From Macrostomum lignano (taxonomy: Eukaryota): DNA of 64,000 nt. The stretch is from assembly GCA_002269645.1 (NCBI GenBank), contig NIVC01001546.1:124001-188000 (forward strand), read 5' to 3'. This document shows, piece after piece, positions 1-11,830 of this stretch. The position numbers and the translations under genes were made by a program. The notes under the pieces are model-generated. The model saw only the letters and a list, made by a program, of their open reading frames with translations. It was not told where the DNA came from and made no database searches. Position 1 is the stretch's first letter. Every line of letters begins with the position of its first letter.

Positions 1-681
1 TATCTTGTGACGAATTTAGAACGACTATTTACGACGTAGTAATGAACAATGTCGATGTTGCGTCGGATGTCGAAAGTTTATTCTAATCAACTCACAATTG
101 ATAATAACCTAGTAGGTTTGATACTATAGATAGCAACGAGCGTAGCGTAGTACTAGTAGTATTGTAATAAGACGGTGTGGAGGAAGGCATGGGCGAGAGC
201 AAGAAAAAGATTTGAATAGGTTTTATACTGCTAACTATTTCTATGAATTATACGGTATAAAAAAATACGTCAACGCTAATAAATTAAATAAGAAGGTTAA
301 ATTTAAGTGTAATGTACATGTAGAAAGAGATTATATACTGTATGCTTTACACGTACGACGCAGAATAGGAAAGAAGTATGAAGGTGCCATCGTCACAGTC
401 TTATTGGCGAAGCCTTCTGCAAAAACATCTTAATTCTTATCCTTTAATGACTTTGCAATTGTAAATATACAGAGTAAATAAAAAGGCTACTTGCATTTGA
501 TTGGGTTTATAAATTTGCAATTGTAATTACAGTGCAGAGCTTTTCTTGTTCTTTGTCTGAGTACACAGAGAAAGGGATTATTTACTACTTATTTATGGGG
601 GACTTCTCTCCTATATACGTTCCCATTTTTGGACTCTAAATTATTTAAAAAGTTGCTTTGTGCGAAGTTTTAAGCCGAAAA

Positions 682-912
682 TGATATGGATTTTAACTGT
701 GAACTTTTACGCATGCGATTGAACTATCTATGGTCATAATTCTCGAAGACCCAGACAGTTACTAAAGAGCTAGGCGCACTAGGGAAAATGGAATTAACTA
801 ACTAACGAGCGGAGCGAGACAAGGGCTCCTACGATAACGAATTATTTCCGCTCCTTTTTGCTAACACAAATATACGATTAGACGGAACGAACCGTCTTAC
901 GAATACACATCA
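682..912 (+). repeat. 5' LTR of the Mag-like element
   Basis: TG...CA, 231 bp, followed by the PBS; direct repeat of 3703-3932. Confidence 0.95.
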
Positions 913-936
913 ATTGGCGACGAGGATTAACAACTC

Positions 937-3010
937 ATAGCCCCACCAACATCGCCCACCTCGAAACCGACATCAGCGGCAGCAGCTACTAATGCCCAGA
1001 ATATTCGCGTGTCGATACCACAACCATCAAAATTTCTGGAGCTACCAGGCGAACCACCAGTCAAGTGGACCATCTGGCAGAAGGAAGTCACCGACTTCTT
1101 TTTCCTCACTGGGACTACGACCGGGGCACTACTAACAGATGACTTCAAAAAGGCATTCCTGCGTACGTCCCTGGGCTCAGAAGGAAGACGTATCCTGTAC
1201 GCGCACAACCTCCAGGACGATAAGGCTAGCAGCCTGGAAGAATACATGGGCAAGCTGAAGTTAATATTCAGCAAAAGCCAAAACCGCAGTACGAAGTCCG
1301 CAAGCGAAAGCAGGAGCACGGTGAGTCCATCAGTGACTATTTCACAGCCCTGCGAACACTAATTACGGACTTTGAGTACGGCGCTGGAGAAGATAGGCAG
1401 CTTGCAATGCACTGGTGATTGGATGTGCGTCTAAAAGCACACAGGAGAAGCTCTTGACCCAATCCACTATCGACCTGCAGTCTTTTCTGACCACCATGCG
1501 AGCTGATGAGTCTGCGTCACTTACTGGCGAAATCATCAGGAGCAATGCAATGGCGCCCATTCAACAAGTACACAAGCGCACATCTGGGAAGTCCGACCAG
1601 CGCAAAAGCACGGCCTCGGCGATCCCTGCAGCTAACCAAAACAAGGGGAACAAGAAACAGCAATGTATGGGCTGCGGTTCAAATTCACATGTGATAAAAA
1701 GGCAATTAGATAAATAGCATGCACGGTAAGATATGATTTAGGCCCTAGACAAACCTATTTTTGGAGCGTTCGGAGATTTTAAAGCTATTGGCCCTAATTG
1801 CCTATCGCCGGTCGGCGAGTCCTACCAGTCTTTCTCCAATAGTCACAGGTACAGTACAAGAAAAGAAAGAACACGAGGGAACACGAACCGAACAGATTTA
1901 GAGAGTGATAATCCTAATGAGAATAGCTAAACTGATTGACGGTTTAATTTGATTAGTAAAGTTACAAGATTCTCAATACGATTCACGGCGCAGATAAATT
2001 GACACTGATGATAACGAGTAATAACGATTAGCGATAATAAATTAATAACGCAACTGGCAAGCGGATCTCAGCTGAGGAAAAGGAAGAACCGAACACGACC
2101 ACGGAGAAGACTCCTAACCCCTGGCCTAAACCAGAACCTACTCTCGAACGAGAGCCCTGCCGAACCGACCGTTCAACGGAGTACCGACTAAATTCTATCG
2201 GCACTGCCCTTCAGTGTGACACTGAGGCCCTCGGGGTCGAGGCCGCGTACTTGATCAGATCCGACAGTCTCTATCTAACCGTGCTTGACAGCGACGACTT
2301 CAGACAAGGATTTGCCGTAGACGTTACGCCACAAGACTGAAGCGGTTGGGCAAGGGTACAAAGTATGGACCGGGGTGATGAAATCAAAACGCCTCAAAGC
2401 GCGAACCAAAAAAGGGAAACAGGCCACCGGCCGGGAAGCTGAACAAAACCAAAGACCGGGCAGAAGGAAAAGAAAAGGGTGAGATCTGATTGCCAAACAC
2501 ACTTTCATTTATAGTCAGAGTCAACTCTCACAAACCCCCCCCCTCAAGCCGGGTGGTGGTCGTCTGGCCGGCCGCTTGCTTAAGCCGAATTGCACTGTGC
2601 CCGCGGCGCCGGGTAGAACTGGAACTTGCCGCGTGCCAGGGTCCAGGCCGGTTCTGATTGGCTGGCCGCGCAAAGCTGGGGTTCGCAGAAAACTCAACCC
2701 TCCGCTGAGTCACTGATTTGGCGTCTGACTTCTAACCTGTTTACAATTTTTGATTTTAACTAACAAGAAAAAGTACATTAAAAACGCATGACTAAACTAA
2801 AGCAAATAATAATTCAATAACAATATAGAACCCAACACAATCAACCAACTAACAAAATACACGCAAAAGATACTCACACTACACACATGCCTACAAAGAT
2901 GCTAAATGTCCGGCTCTCGGAAAGGTGTGCAAAGGGTGCGGAAAGCCAAACCATTTTGCCTCTCATTGCATAATATCACAACGAAGGGCCAACACCGTAA
3001 AGAAAGTACG
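937..3010 (+). pseudogene. gag: gag (Mag-type, double CCHC knuckle), frameshifted and interrupted by the 1692-2883 insertion
   Basis: FLELPGEPPVKWTIW...AFLRTSLGSEG N-terminus. Removing the insertion restores CMGCGSNSH-AYKDAKC-PALGKVCKGCGKPNHFASHC. The probable start codon at 937 reads ATA. Confidence 0.85.
1692..2883 (-). mobile_element. Solo LTR (about 1.2 kb) of an unrelated LTR element, antisense to the host element
   Basis: TG...CA ends; flanked by CACATG at 1686-1691 and 2884-2889 (alternatively a 4-bp CATG TSD with end 2885); minus-strand CCAAT (2655-2662) and TATAAA (2508-2513); no coding capacity. Confidence 0.75.
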
Positions 3011-3039
3011 CGCAATCAAAAGGCACGTTCGATCAGTTG

Positions 3040-3661
3040 GCCAGAGTGAAACACCATCGGTTGAAGTTACAGCTGTCGGCAGGAACGGAACTTACGCGGC
3101 ATTGCTGGACACGGCTGCTGAAGTTTCGACTCTTCGACATGCAGACTTGAAGCGCATCTGGCCAGATAAGGACATCCACCCAGCGGCATGCAACAGACTA
3201 TATTCAGCTACCGAACAACGCCGAATGAGAACGAAATTCGGCGAGAATGAAAACTGCTATTTGGCCGCGACATAAGAGCAAATTTCCAGCCTCGCAGAAC
3301 AATCAAGGTCAATGAAACACAGAACGAGCTAGTGACCACATTAAAACAGGAACCGCACCAAGTATTCAAGCGACACTTCAAGGTCGGTGATCTGGTACGT
3401 GTTAGTTTGCCACATGTGCCAAAGGGCAGGTCCCCTTTCACCTCTCCATTCAAAGTTATCAAAGTGGTTGGCAACTTCACATACCGATTGGACAATGGAA
3501 AGGTTTGGACTGCGCGCAACTTGGTACCATTCAGACAATGCAATGCAATAGATCCAGTCGAGATACAGTCAAGTGGAGCGCGCCAACACCAACAGCATGT
3601 CCGTCGGTTTAAAAGACAAAACAAAGGAATGCCACCTAAGCGACTGATTGAGGAAGTATGA
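3040..3661 (+). pseudogene. pol: pol remnant: aspartic protease joined directly to the integrase C-terminus; RT, RNase H and IN core are deleted
   Basis: Protease motif YAALLDTAAEVSTL, then RLYSA joined to RRMRTKF and FKVGDLVRV...SPFKVIKVVGNFTYRLDNGKVW just before the PPT. Confidence 0.8.
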
Positions 3662-3702
3662 ACAATCAAATGGAGAGTGCACTATTTAAGGAGGGGGGAA
3701 GT

Positions 3703-3932
3703 TAATATGGATTTTAACTGTGAACTTTTACGCATGTGATTAAACTATCTATGGTCATAATTCTCGAAGACCCGACAGTTACTAAAGAGCTAGGCGCACT
3801 AGGGAAAATGGAATTAACTAACTAACGAGCGGAGCGAGACAAGGGCTTCTACGATAACGAATTATTTCCGCTCTTTTTTGTTAACACAAATATACGATTA
3901 GACGGAACGAACCGTCTTACGAATACACATCA
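3703..3932 (+). repeat. 3' LTR of the Mag-like element
   Basis: Preceded by the PPT; starts TA (mutated TG), ends CA, followed by the TSD. Confidence 0.95.
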
Positions 3933-5295
3933 GAAAATTTGACTGTTAATTTTATTGTGAGCCATTCTGATTTTTGTCAGTTAGATTACTTTTTAAATTT
4001 ACATGTTTGGGTGCGTGATAAATATGGTAGTTGCATGTTGCAGTGTCTTCCTGTAAGTACATGTAGTAAGATTTTATTTGTTCTATTAGTTTCCACCGGC
4101 TGGGGCGCAAATAAAGTGAAGTTATTATGACAGCCTACATTTCTAAGTACACGAGCGTGTATGATAGTACAGTCTTGTTGGGCAGCTAGAAAAGTTTGGT
4201 TGAGAAATTTTAACCAACCCTCTTCAATCAGGCGCCAATAAAGTGGAAATTAGTCCAAAGCACAGTAGTGTACATGCCATGTACACTGGCCTATCCCCCA
4301 TGATCTGGGGGTAATGAGTGAGTCATTTGTACACAGGCAGAAGACGGGGTTCATTTTTACATTTTATTAAATGTATACATTAATCATACACTCGTGTTTC
4401 CGTAGTTAAGGAATTTAATCAAGTAGAATTAAAGATGTCGATGACGAATTTAGTCTACGAGTCGCACAGATATATTGCATCAGTTCACCAGAGTGAGTCA
4501 CTAAATTTTATTTCAAAGTTGCATGATTTGCAAAACGGGTCAAACCAAACTTGTAAAATAAATTTAACGAAAAACTTGTAGAAAACTAGAAGTGCCCAAA
4601 GTCGAGTAGCTAAGTCGAATTAGAATTTCATTTTAATTAGCTTGTGAGTTAATAAAGATGGAAAGGGGTTGGGGCACATACGGACTGCAAGAATAAACTG
4701 TAAAAGAAAATTAGGCTATGGGAAAATGGCAAATTATGTCGCAAATGAAAGTACAAACTCTAAATTTCGGATACAATACTTTAAGCAAGTCAAACCAATT
4801 AATGTAAGTCATTGTACCTGGCAATATCCACTAGCAAATAACCACTGGCTCCAATGACAATAGCATTGTCGACGCTGCTTGCACCGTGTCACCTGGAGCC
4901 CCCCGCTGCAGAAGTTGCACGCTATTGCTCTAAAAGAAGGCAAGTATGGTTAAATTGTCAGTTTTAAAATTCTGTTAAACAAGCATGTTTGATTGGTACA
5001 TAAGCCCAGAATAAAAATGAGAACTCGGTTCCTAAGAATTCATTTTAAAGGATTCGTCTCTTGCATATTGGACGCCCCAAAAGGGGGACACCAGATTGCT
5101 AGTCTCTATCCATATATGTATATCTATAAATTTGTAGATATCGATATCTGTATATTAGCGATATATCTGTCTCTGTATATCCATATCTATAAGTATGTGT
5201 ATATCTAGATCTAGATATATAGATCTATATGGTCTGGCAGAGCTTAAGAGACATAAATAAAAGTCAATATCAACATGAAGTGAGTTATTTATTTA

Positions 5296-5345
5296 AGTTG
5301 CCGATGCATTTCGTCCAACTATTCGACATCTTCAGGTCGAAATTT
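5296..5345 (-). ncRNA. Hammerhead-ribozyme-like motif (Penelope pseudo-LTR type), degenerate
   Basis: Minus strand CUGAAGA-U-GUC(GAAUAGUUG)GAC-GAAA-UGCA-UC with palindromic stem III; stem I pairs poorly. Confidence 0.5.
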
Positions 5346-6535
5346 ATTTGAACCAAATGATTTAACGCAAACAGTATATATAGTGAGTGGAGAGAAGTAT
5401 GAAAGTACATGTAATGTTGATGGTTTAAAAACTTGTAGGTATTAATCGAAAGTAGAAGCATTATTGGTAGGGGGAAAATGCATGTCGGCAAACTGCTGAC
5501 AAAGGCGGACGCCTAACACCAACTAGCGGATCACTACACTCTCCTCGTTCAAATGAAGAGGCGAAGTGAAAGCGAACCGCGCTTTATTTAATAAAATAGC
5601 AAAAATATTGACTTTCATTTGCAAAATATGTTCTGGCAGAAAGGTGGAAGCGTGACAGTGACTACGGCGTTAAGTGGCTGGGCCAAGGCCGGAAATTGCA
5701 GCCCTTAATGTCAGGAAAGGAGGGGGTGCTGGCCCTGAGATTAGTTGCTTGTCATGTGACCTGCAACTAATTGTTTACTCCTTTGTGCAGGACTTACCGA
5801 TGATCTCCGGCATCGCCGAGGCACGGCCAGCGTGTCACGCCGCTGGCCGTAGCGTTGGGCTCACGCGAGCTACTGGCGAGTGTCGGCAGCGCATCCCGTG
5901 GCGGATCGAGTCGCGAGCTGCTAGCCTCAGGCAGACCGGGACTCGAGGTGCCTCCGACGGGCCTCCGTACGGCTCGTATTGGCCGGCGGCCGCGCCGATC
6001 GCTTGGGCCGGAAGGTTCGGGACGGCGACGGCCAGATGCCGGACCCTGCGAGTGTCTAAGCGGCCGGCGTCGCCCTCTGGCGGTGAGCGCTCAGTGCGCT
6101 TGCTGGCACGGAGTGATATTTCTACACCAACGTGTTTCATTTTGTGCGCGGATGCGGGCGGTGCGGCTAACATACGTTTTTGCCCTAAGATTAATAATTA
6201 GCCTATCAGGCTGCCTACGATTCCTAGCTGGCCTACCAATTTCTACAGGTCCTACATGCGCTTCCACCGGAGTGGTGCATAGCAACAGCCAAGGGGTCTG
6301 GACCGTGGACAGCATCATGGTTAACGGGCGCAGAAACGGGCGGAAGAGAAACAGCAGGCATAGACGCATTAAGAAAAGGCTCATGCAAATGACATTCACC
6401 ATACGGCACTGGCTCACGCCGAAGTGCACTTGCCTGGTTCGCTGGTGTCGAGACCGGTCCACCTCCTGGCTGCACCTCCGGGATCGCCAAGGGCCGGAAG
6501 TGCCATCGGAAGGCCGGCCTTGCGTCATAGCCATC

Positions 6536-7438
6536 TTCTTCTTCTTCCCTTTTTTGCCTTATGTGGCATGGGCAGTCGTTGAGGTCGTGGTCCGTCGTTA
6601 GCAGTCCTTGCAGATGCGTTGGTGGCGTGCCATGTTCGTTGCTGCTAGCGTACGCCCACATCCTTCGCATTGCTTTGTTTTCGCGCGGTATTTTCTCTCA
6701 CCTCCTTGGGACCGTGTCTCTTCCCGCGTTGTACCGCAGCTCTTGCGGTGTCTCGCTAGGTTTGACTTTGATATTTCTCGTGCACAGTTCGCACACTTTT
6801 CGCGGTTTCCTCTCACTTCTCTTTCTCCTCCGCAGACTTTCCGGTGGTTTAGCCACGTTGCCTCTTGCCGGAACTGTTTCTCATATTTCTCGCATTTGAA
6901 CCTTACTGGTTCTTCTATCTTGCGATGCATTCTCTTCTGATGGATTGTCAGACCTGCTTTACTTTTACATTTCTTTCCACATTCTTCGTAGTCGCATATG
7001 AATTCTACCGTTTTCTTCTGTTCCTGTTTCTTATTTCTTTCGATGTTCTTTCCTTCTGCCTTCTTTCCTTGTTGCTTTTCCCATCTCTCCAGGTGATCTA
7101 CGCGTTCTTGGACAATTTTGCGCCACTTCTGGCGATTGGTTGCTAGTCTCTCTTTCGTTTCCGGCTCGATCCCTGCTTGCCGTAGTAGTCGCTCCAGTAT
7201 TCTATGGTGTTACCTTTTTTCTTACGTGTTTTCCTGACCTTTTCCAGGTCCTTGTACCATCCTAGAGCCGTCTTCTAGTTCACCTCTAGTTCGTTGCGAA
7301 CGTCTTGCATGTTCACTCCTTTAGCCTCCATCTCCCTTAACGGTTCGATTTTTCTACTGCACCATATCTGACGGTAGATCCGGTCCATGAAGCTTTATAG
7401 TTGCTTCGTTTCAGACTTCTTCCACGGGCCATCATCCA
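6536..7438 (-). mobile_element. 5'-truncated RTE-like non-LTR retrotransposon with C-terminal zinc fingers
   Basis: 11-bp TSD TCATAGCCATC at 6525-6535 and 7439-7449; (GAA)n tail at 6536-6547; post-RT motifs GVNMQDVRNEL and LATNRQKWRKIV; C2H2-like fingers (CANCAREISKSNLARHRKSC, CEGCGRTLAATNMARHQRIC). Removing it rejoins the Gypsy frame (DDGYD-ARPAF). Confidence 0.85.
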
Positions 7439-7613
7439 TCATAGCCATCATCATAGTCATCGTCCTGGTCGTCCTCGGGGATCGGCGTCAGGGTCGCGGG
7501 TCCTGGGCCGTCGGGAAAGTCAGGCGGTCGCCGGCGCTTCTTCGGCTTGTCGGGATCCGAAGTCCTCGTATAGTCAGCGTCAGGCAAGAGCAAAAGGTTT
7601 CGGCGATGGACGA

Positions 7614-8620
7614 CTAGCTCGTCTCGTCTAGCTCTCGGGTATGGCAGTCTCCGTCAGATCTTGTAGACAACCTCGCCCTTGGGCTCGACGACTTCGTACT
7701 GTGCTTTGCGAGGCCGATGGAACTACGCTGCCTCGTCCGGTTCGAGCACCGGGTTGTTGAGGAAACCAGATCACCGGGTTGAAGCTTCTTGGCGGCGGGC
7801 AGGTCCGAGTAGTGCTCGTCTCGTAGTTGCTGATGCAGATGCAGGCGCTCCTTGGCCAGCTCAGTCGCCTCGTCCAGGCGACGCTGGAAGTCCTTGACGT
7901 AGTCGGGCAGATCGGCGTACTCGGGCAGCTTCTTCAGCGCGTTGTCGATCGGGAGACGGAAGTCACGGCCGAACACCAGGTAGTGAGGCGTGAAACCGGT
8001 CACCGGATGCGCACTAGAGCGATGAGCCATCAGGCAGGCTGGGAGAAAGGTGTCCCAGTCGTTGTGGTTGCGCTCGAGCAAACAGGTGAGAACGCTCTTC
8101 AGCTGCTTGTTGAGGTTTTCGACTTGTCCGTTGGAAGCTGGATTATACGGTGTTTTTTCGTATGCCGAATGCCAAACAGGTCGCAGAACTTCTTAAAGGC
8201 TAAGCCGGTGAAGTTGGTGCCATGTTCGGTGTGTATCCAGCAGGGGACACCGAATTCAGGGATGAAGCGTTCCTGCAGAAGCTTCATGGCTGTCTTGGTT
8301 TTCTGGTTTCTCATCGGGTAGGCGAATGGATACTTCGACGTCGCATCGCACAAGGTCAGGATGTAGCGGTTGCCGCTCTTGCTCTTATGTGCGATTGGTC
8401 CTACTACATCACAGTGGATTCTACCCAGAACTTCGCAGACTGGGAAGCTCTGGACCGGAACTCTTTCTCGTCTTCGCGATTTAATTTCAAAGCAGTTGCG
8501 ACACTTTCTGATGAAGTTCTGGGTAGCACGAGCTAATCTGGGTCTCCAGAACCGTTCTCGTAGTCGCAGTAACGTCTTCGTCTGGCCGAGGTGTCCACAC
8601 AGTGGGGAACTGTGGAGCAC
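7614..8620 (-). pseudogene. Gypsy integrase, frameshifted near 8115 and 7760
   Basis: ORFs 8099-8620 and 7614-8081 carry the zinc-binding and DDE regions; the second catalytic Asp region reads IHTEHG. Confidence 0.9.
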
Positions 8621-9069
8621 CTAGGCGTCGAGAGTTTCAGGCAGGACAACCTTTGTTGGCTCATGACCATCGGACAGGTCTATCAACAGCAAGCCGTTGT
8701 CCTCCTGCAGATTCTCTAAGTAACCGAGCAGATTCCGCTGCTCCTTTGTCAATCGCAACCGGGCGTCGAACTCAGGCTTCGGGGCTTCGTTCTCGACCAA
8801 GTTGAGCACGTAGCTGATGCCTCGGTCAGCGCGCTGGGCATCAACGAACTGTTGGCGAATCATCGGCAGCTTCAGAAAATCAGTGAGCACGGCGCGGCGT
8901 GGCTGAGGGTTCCGGATTCCCGCAGTCTCCGCTTCAGTGGCTCCAGGTCGATCACACGGCACCGTCTTGTCGGCGTCATGATTAGGTCGCTCCGAGGGAG
9001 TTTTTCTCACAACGTCGGCGTACGTCCGTTGATCTCGTTTTGAAGTTCTCTTTGTCGCTCTCTTGGCAG

Positions 9070-10345
9070 AAAATTCCGCAGAAGTAGTGAAAATGTCTGG
9101 CTGCCTTTACCACCTCAATTAGTGGGCACCATCCAAAGTCAACCAGAACATAGCTGAGGATAGTAACTGAAAGTGCCAGTAGTAACGGTCAGGCATGATT
9201 CCTTGCATCACAATAGGACCGAAAACAATTAACCACGCCTCAAGTTTGTGCCCCCGAAACATTCCGAGCTCGTGTAAACTTCGTGGCGCTCGCTGGTGAG
9301 ACAGCGGTACATGAATCCTCGCAGAAGCCGTGTCAACATCCGCACAACTTGTGACCAGCTTTGGATTATGCACGTGATACATGTCCGGTTTCCGTGGATA
9401 AAACAGCTGCTTCAACAACCAATGAACCAGTCCCAGATAGCACTGATGTAGTAGACACGGAGGACACCAATGAGTATAGTCGAATCCGTCTAACTGGTCC
9501 AACACTGACACCTCCATGACCCTAAGGTAGTTATCTTTGCCAGCCGGGATGTTACGCGCCAGTAGGCGCGTGTCTCTGGCGCGTGTCTCGAAGGCTACGA
9601 GCGGTAGGTGTAATACAACCGGCTGCGCTGGCTAGCGCGGCCCCCTCGTAATAGCGACGAACTGGATACCGGTTGGCGCCCAAGCACCTCTGAGTTTGCA
9701 CATAGCAATTATCGCAGCCGAACTCTGCGTTGTGACGCTTCAGACCCATAATCTCAGCCCTCTGTGGGGCGTCCAAAACAAAGAGATACGGGTGCAGGCG
9801 AAGCAGACAGGACGCATCACCTCCAGGGCCACCACCAGTGCTGTAAACGATACTGGTAGACCGGAACTGGTTTAGCTTTCTGACGAGACCGGGAAGAAAT
9901 GCTGAAGCTTTCACGTTAGATTTGGAAGCCTGAAAGCCGCAGATGACAATGAAGCGCGATTCATGGCTTCATGCACCTCGTTAATGCTCAGGTAAACCGG
10001 GCACATTTCCATCAGGGTGTCAGCAAACATATGAAATCCATCTATGTTTACAATGTAGGACAAATCCTGCTTCAAATGTAGCCGAATTGTCCGTTTAAAG
10101 TGTCGGTATTCGTCACAGTTCGATATGGACACAAAATTGCGATCGTCTGATGGTTGATGAACTGGGAATGTTACATTCTGCAGCAAATGGCAGTTTTCAA
10201 TGAGCTGCAAGATTTGCCTCTTAAAGTCGGTTTGAAAAAATTTCGGTACATTTGTTGGCGATAGTTTTCCGTTACACGACGGACAGTTCTGTCGGTTTTG
10301 CACCTGCGCGGAAGGGACCTCAGCGCTACAGGAAGAGCAGAACAT
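9070..10345 (-). pseudogene. EnSpm/CACTA (CMC) transposase, frameshifted and 3'-truncated
   Basis: N-terminal CxxC...CPxC; LSYIVNIDG...PVYLSINEV; FVLDAPQRA...HNAEFGCDNC; LHQCYLGLV...APRSL...FGPIVMQGIMPDRYYWHFQLLSSAM, spread across three frames. Element termini not identified. Confidence 0.85.
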
Positions 10346-11830
10346 CTGGGGCGCCGACTTAAAGTCGTTTGCGAACCCTTCAACGGATTTGCGCAGCCTT
10401 TACACGGTCTGAGGGAAGATGCTACTGACAGGCAAAGCGATATCTAGGAGCTTATTTTATCTCGCTATGCCACCAAATTGTTGCAGTGCTATTAAAGTTT
10501 TCTGCTTTATTCTAATCGCCGACACCAAGTTGTTGAAGGGGAGAATTGCTATAATTCTAGAATTTCATAAATTTAGCTATTGGATTCGTTTTGAACCATT
10601 AAAATACGGTGTTACGGAGTTAAGATTATGGGCTTTCGCGTAAGTACGGATTGCCCTGGTAGCGCGCAGTGCCCGAGCGGCAAGACACTGTTTAGCTAGG
10701 GGGAGAGGGGGATGACTAAGTCCTAAAGCAGCGTCCTCCAATGGATAGAGGTTGTCCGGTGAATTTCAATTTCCTCTTACGGATTTGCTTTTGTCATATA
10801 CGACTTCCCATTGTTTGTTCAGTTCGAATGATTCTATTGGGATGTTTCTCCCTCTCCAATTGGCTCTCCACGCCTTTACTGTTCGCGGTTCCGCTATTGG
10901 CTTTTAGACTGATCGTCTTGAGCTTTTGGTAATTTTTTACCTGGCCAATGAGCATTCGCTCTTTATTCTTGGCAAATAAAGAAGGCTTTAACAAAACTCG
11001 CTTATTCAGTTTGTTAGGCAGATAGCCTTGAACCAAAACTCGGTTGCCTCTCTGGGCGCTGAATTCACGTGTATTTATAGTAGAATTGGGGTGGGGGACC
11101 AGATACATTTAAACAAAAATTCCTTCCCGAGTTATGTTTCTATAGTGACGCGAAAATTTAAATTGGGCCTGCAGCAATAATAATTAACTATTCGCGTGAT
11201 TAACGATGGATTCTAGGAGCCCTACCGCACTAAATTGGATTAAAAGCTGCCTAATATTTTGACAATACGGGCCGTGGCTGTTTTTCTTGATAGCAACAAA
11301 ATAACAACTTCAATATTATCGTTAATACTAATTTTGCATAACGAATTATCAAATCTGTTTTTAAACAACGAAAAATGGTCACTGTTCATTATTTGAGGGT
11401 AAATTGATTGAATTAGTTCTTCGAATTTGTTTATATGGTAAGCTTTTGCCACGTTTTACGTTTAAACTATTTGATTTCTTGTGATTAATGAAAATCGCGA
11501 TCAGTTACCACTAAATATCGGCCGTCCGCTATACACTTTCTATAGCAAATTTATAATTTTTGTAATGCTCCATTGTATCGTGGAGACTAATATTTTAAAT
11601 TTTATTTGCTTATTTCTGTATAAGTATTTGGCAATCGAATTCAGATAGTTGACATCTAAGAAGAGACATGAGTTGTAGGCCTAGTATGTAATATAATAGT
11701 ATATAATTATTATAATAGTATGATGTTAAAAATTAAAATTTAGAGCTATCAACAGAAACTACTAACTAGCAAAATTAAAATACAGCAGTAAAATATATGC
11801 ATACTACAACTATATAAATGTTTTTCAAAT

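Larger units (their letters stand above)
682..3932 (+). mobile_element. Gypsy/Ty3 LTR retrotransposon (Mag-like), internally deleted, non-autonomous
   Basis: LTRs at 682-912 and 3703-3932 (6 substitutions + 1 indel); 5-bp TSD GAAAA at 677-681 and 3933-3937; PBS TGGCGACGAGGAT at 915-927 (complement of the tRNA-Ser(GCU) 3' end); PPT AAGGAGGGGGGAAG at 3688-3701; gag, protease and integrase C-terminal remnants inside. Confidence 0.95.
5483..9070 (-). mobile_element. Gypsy LTR retrotransposon 3' fragment (RH-IN linker, integrase, C-terminal tail, putative 3' LTR 5483-5837), interrupted by a LINE
   Basis: Integrase HHCC (HSSPLCGHLG...CRNC) and core (IHCDVVGP, LTLCDATSKYPFAYP; after a frameshift NGQVENLNKQLK...TGFTPHYLVFGR); GPY/F-like region. 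Putative LTR TG...CA contains AATAAA, but no clear PPT is seen. Confidence 0.85.

Noticed and set aside
212-433. Short ORFs 212-433, 10794-11108 and those at 62.8-63.3 kb
   Set aside because: No motifs, no supporting splice structure; none contains the DDD..DR/QY.G signature expected of innexin B exon 1.
1502-1540. CTGATGA...GAAATCATC hammerhead-like string
   Set aside because: Inside gag coding sequence (ADESASLTGEII); stems II and III do not pair properly.
11130-11147. CACTATAGAAAC on the minus strand as the 5' terminus of the EnSpm transposase element
   Set aside because: No matching opposite terminus or subterminal repeats found; a 5-mer match is expected by chance.
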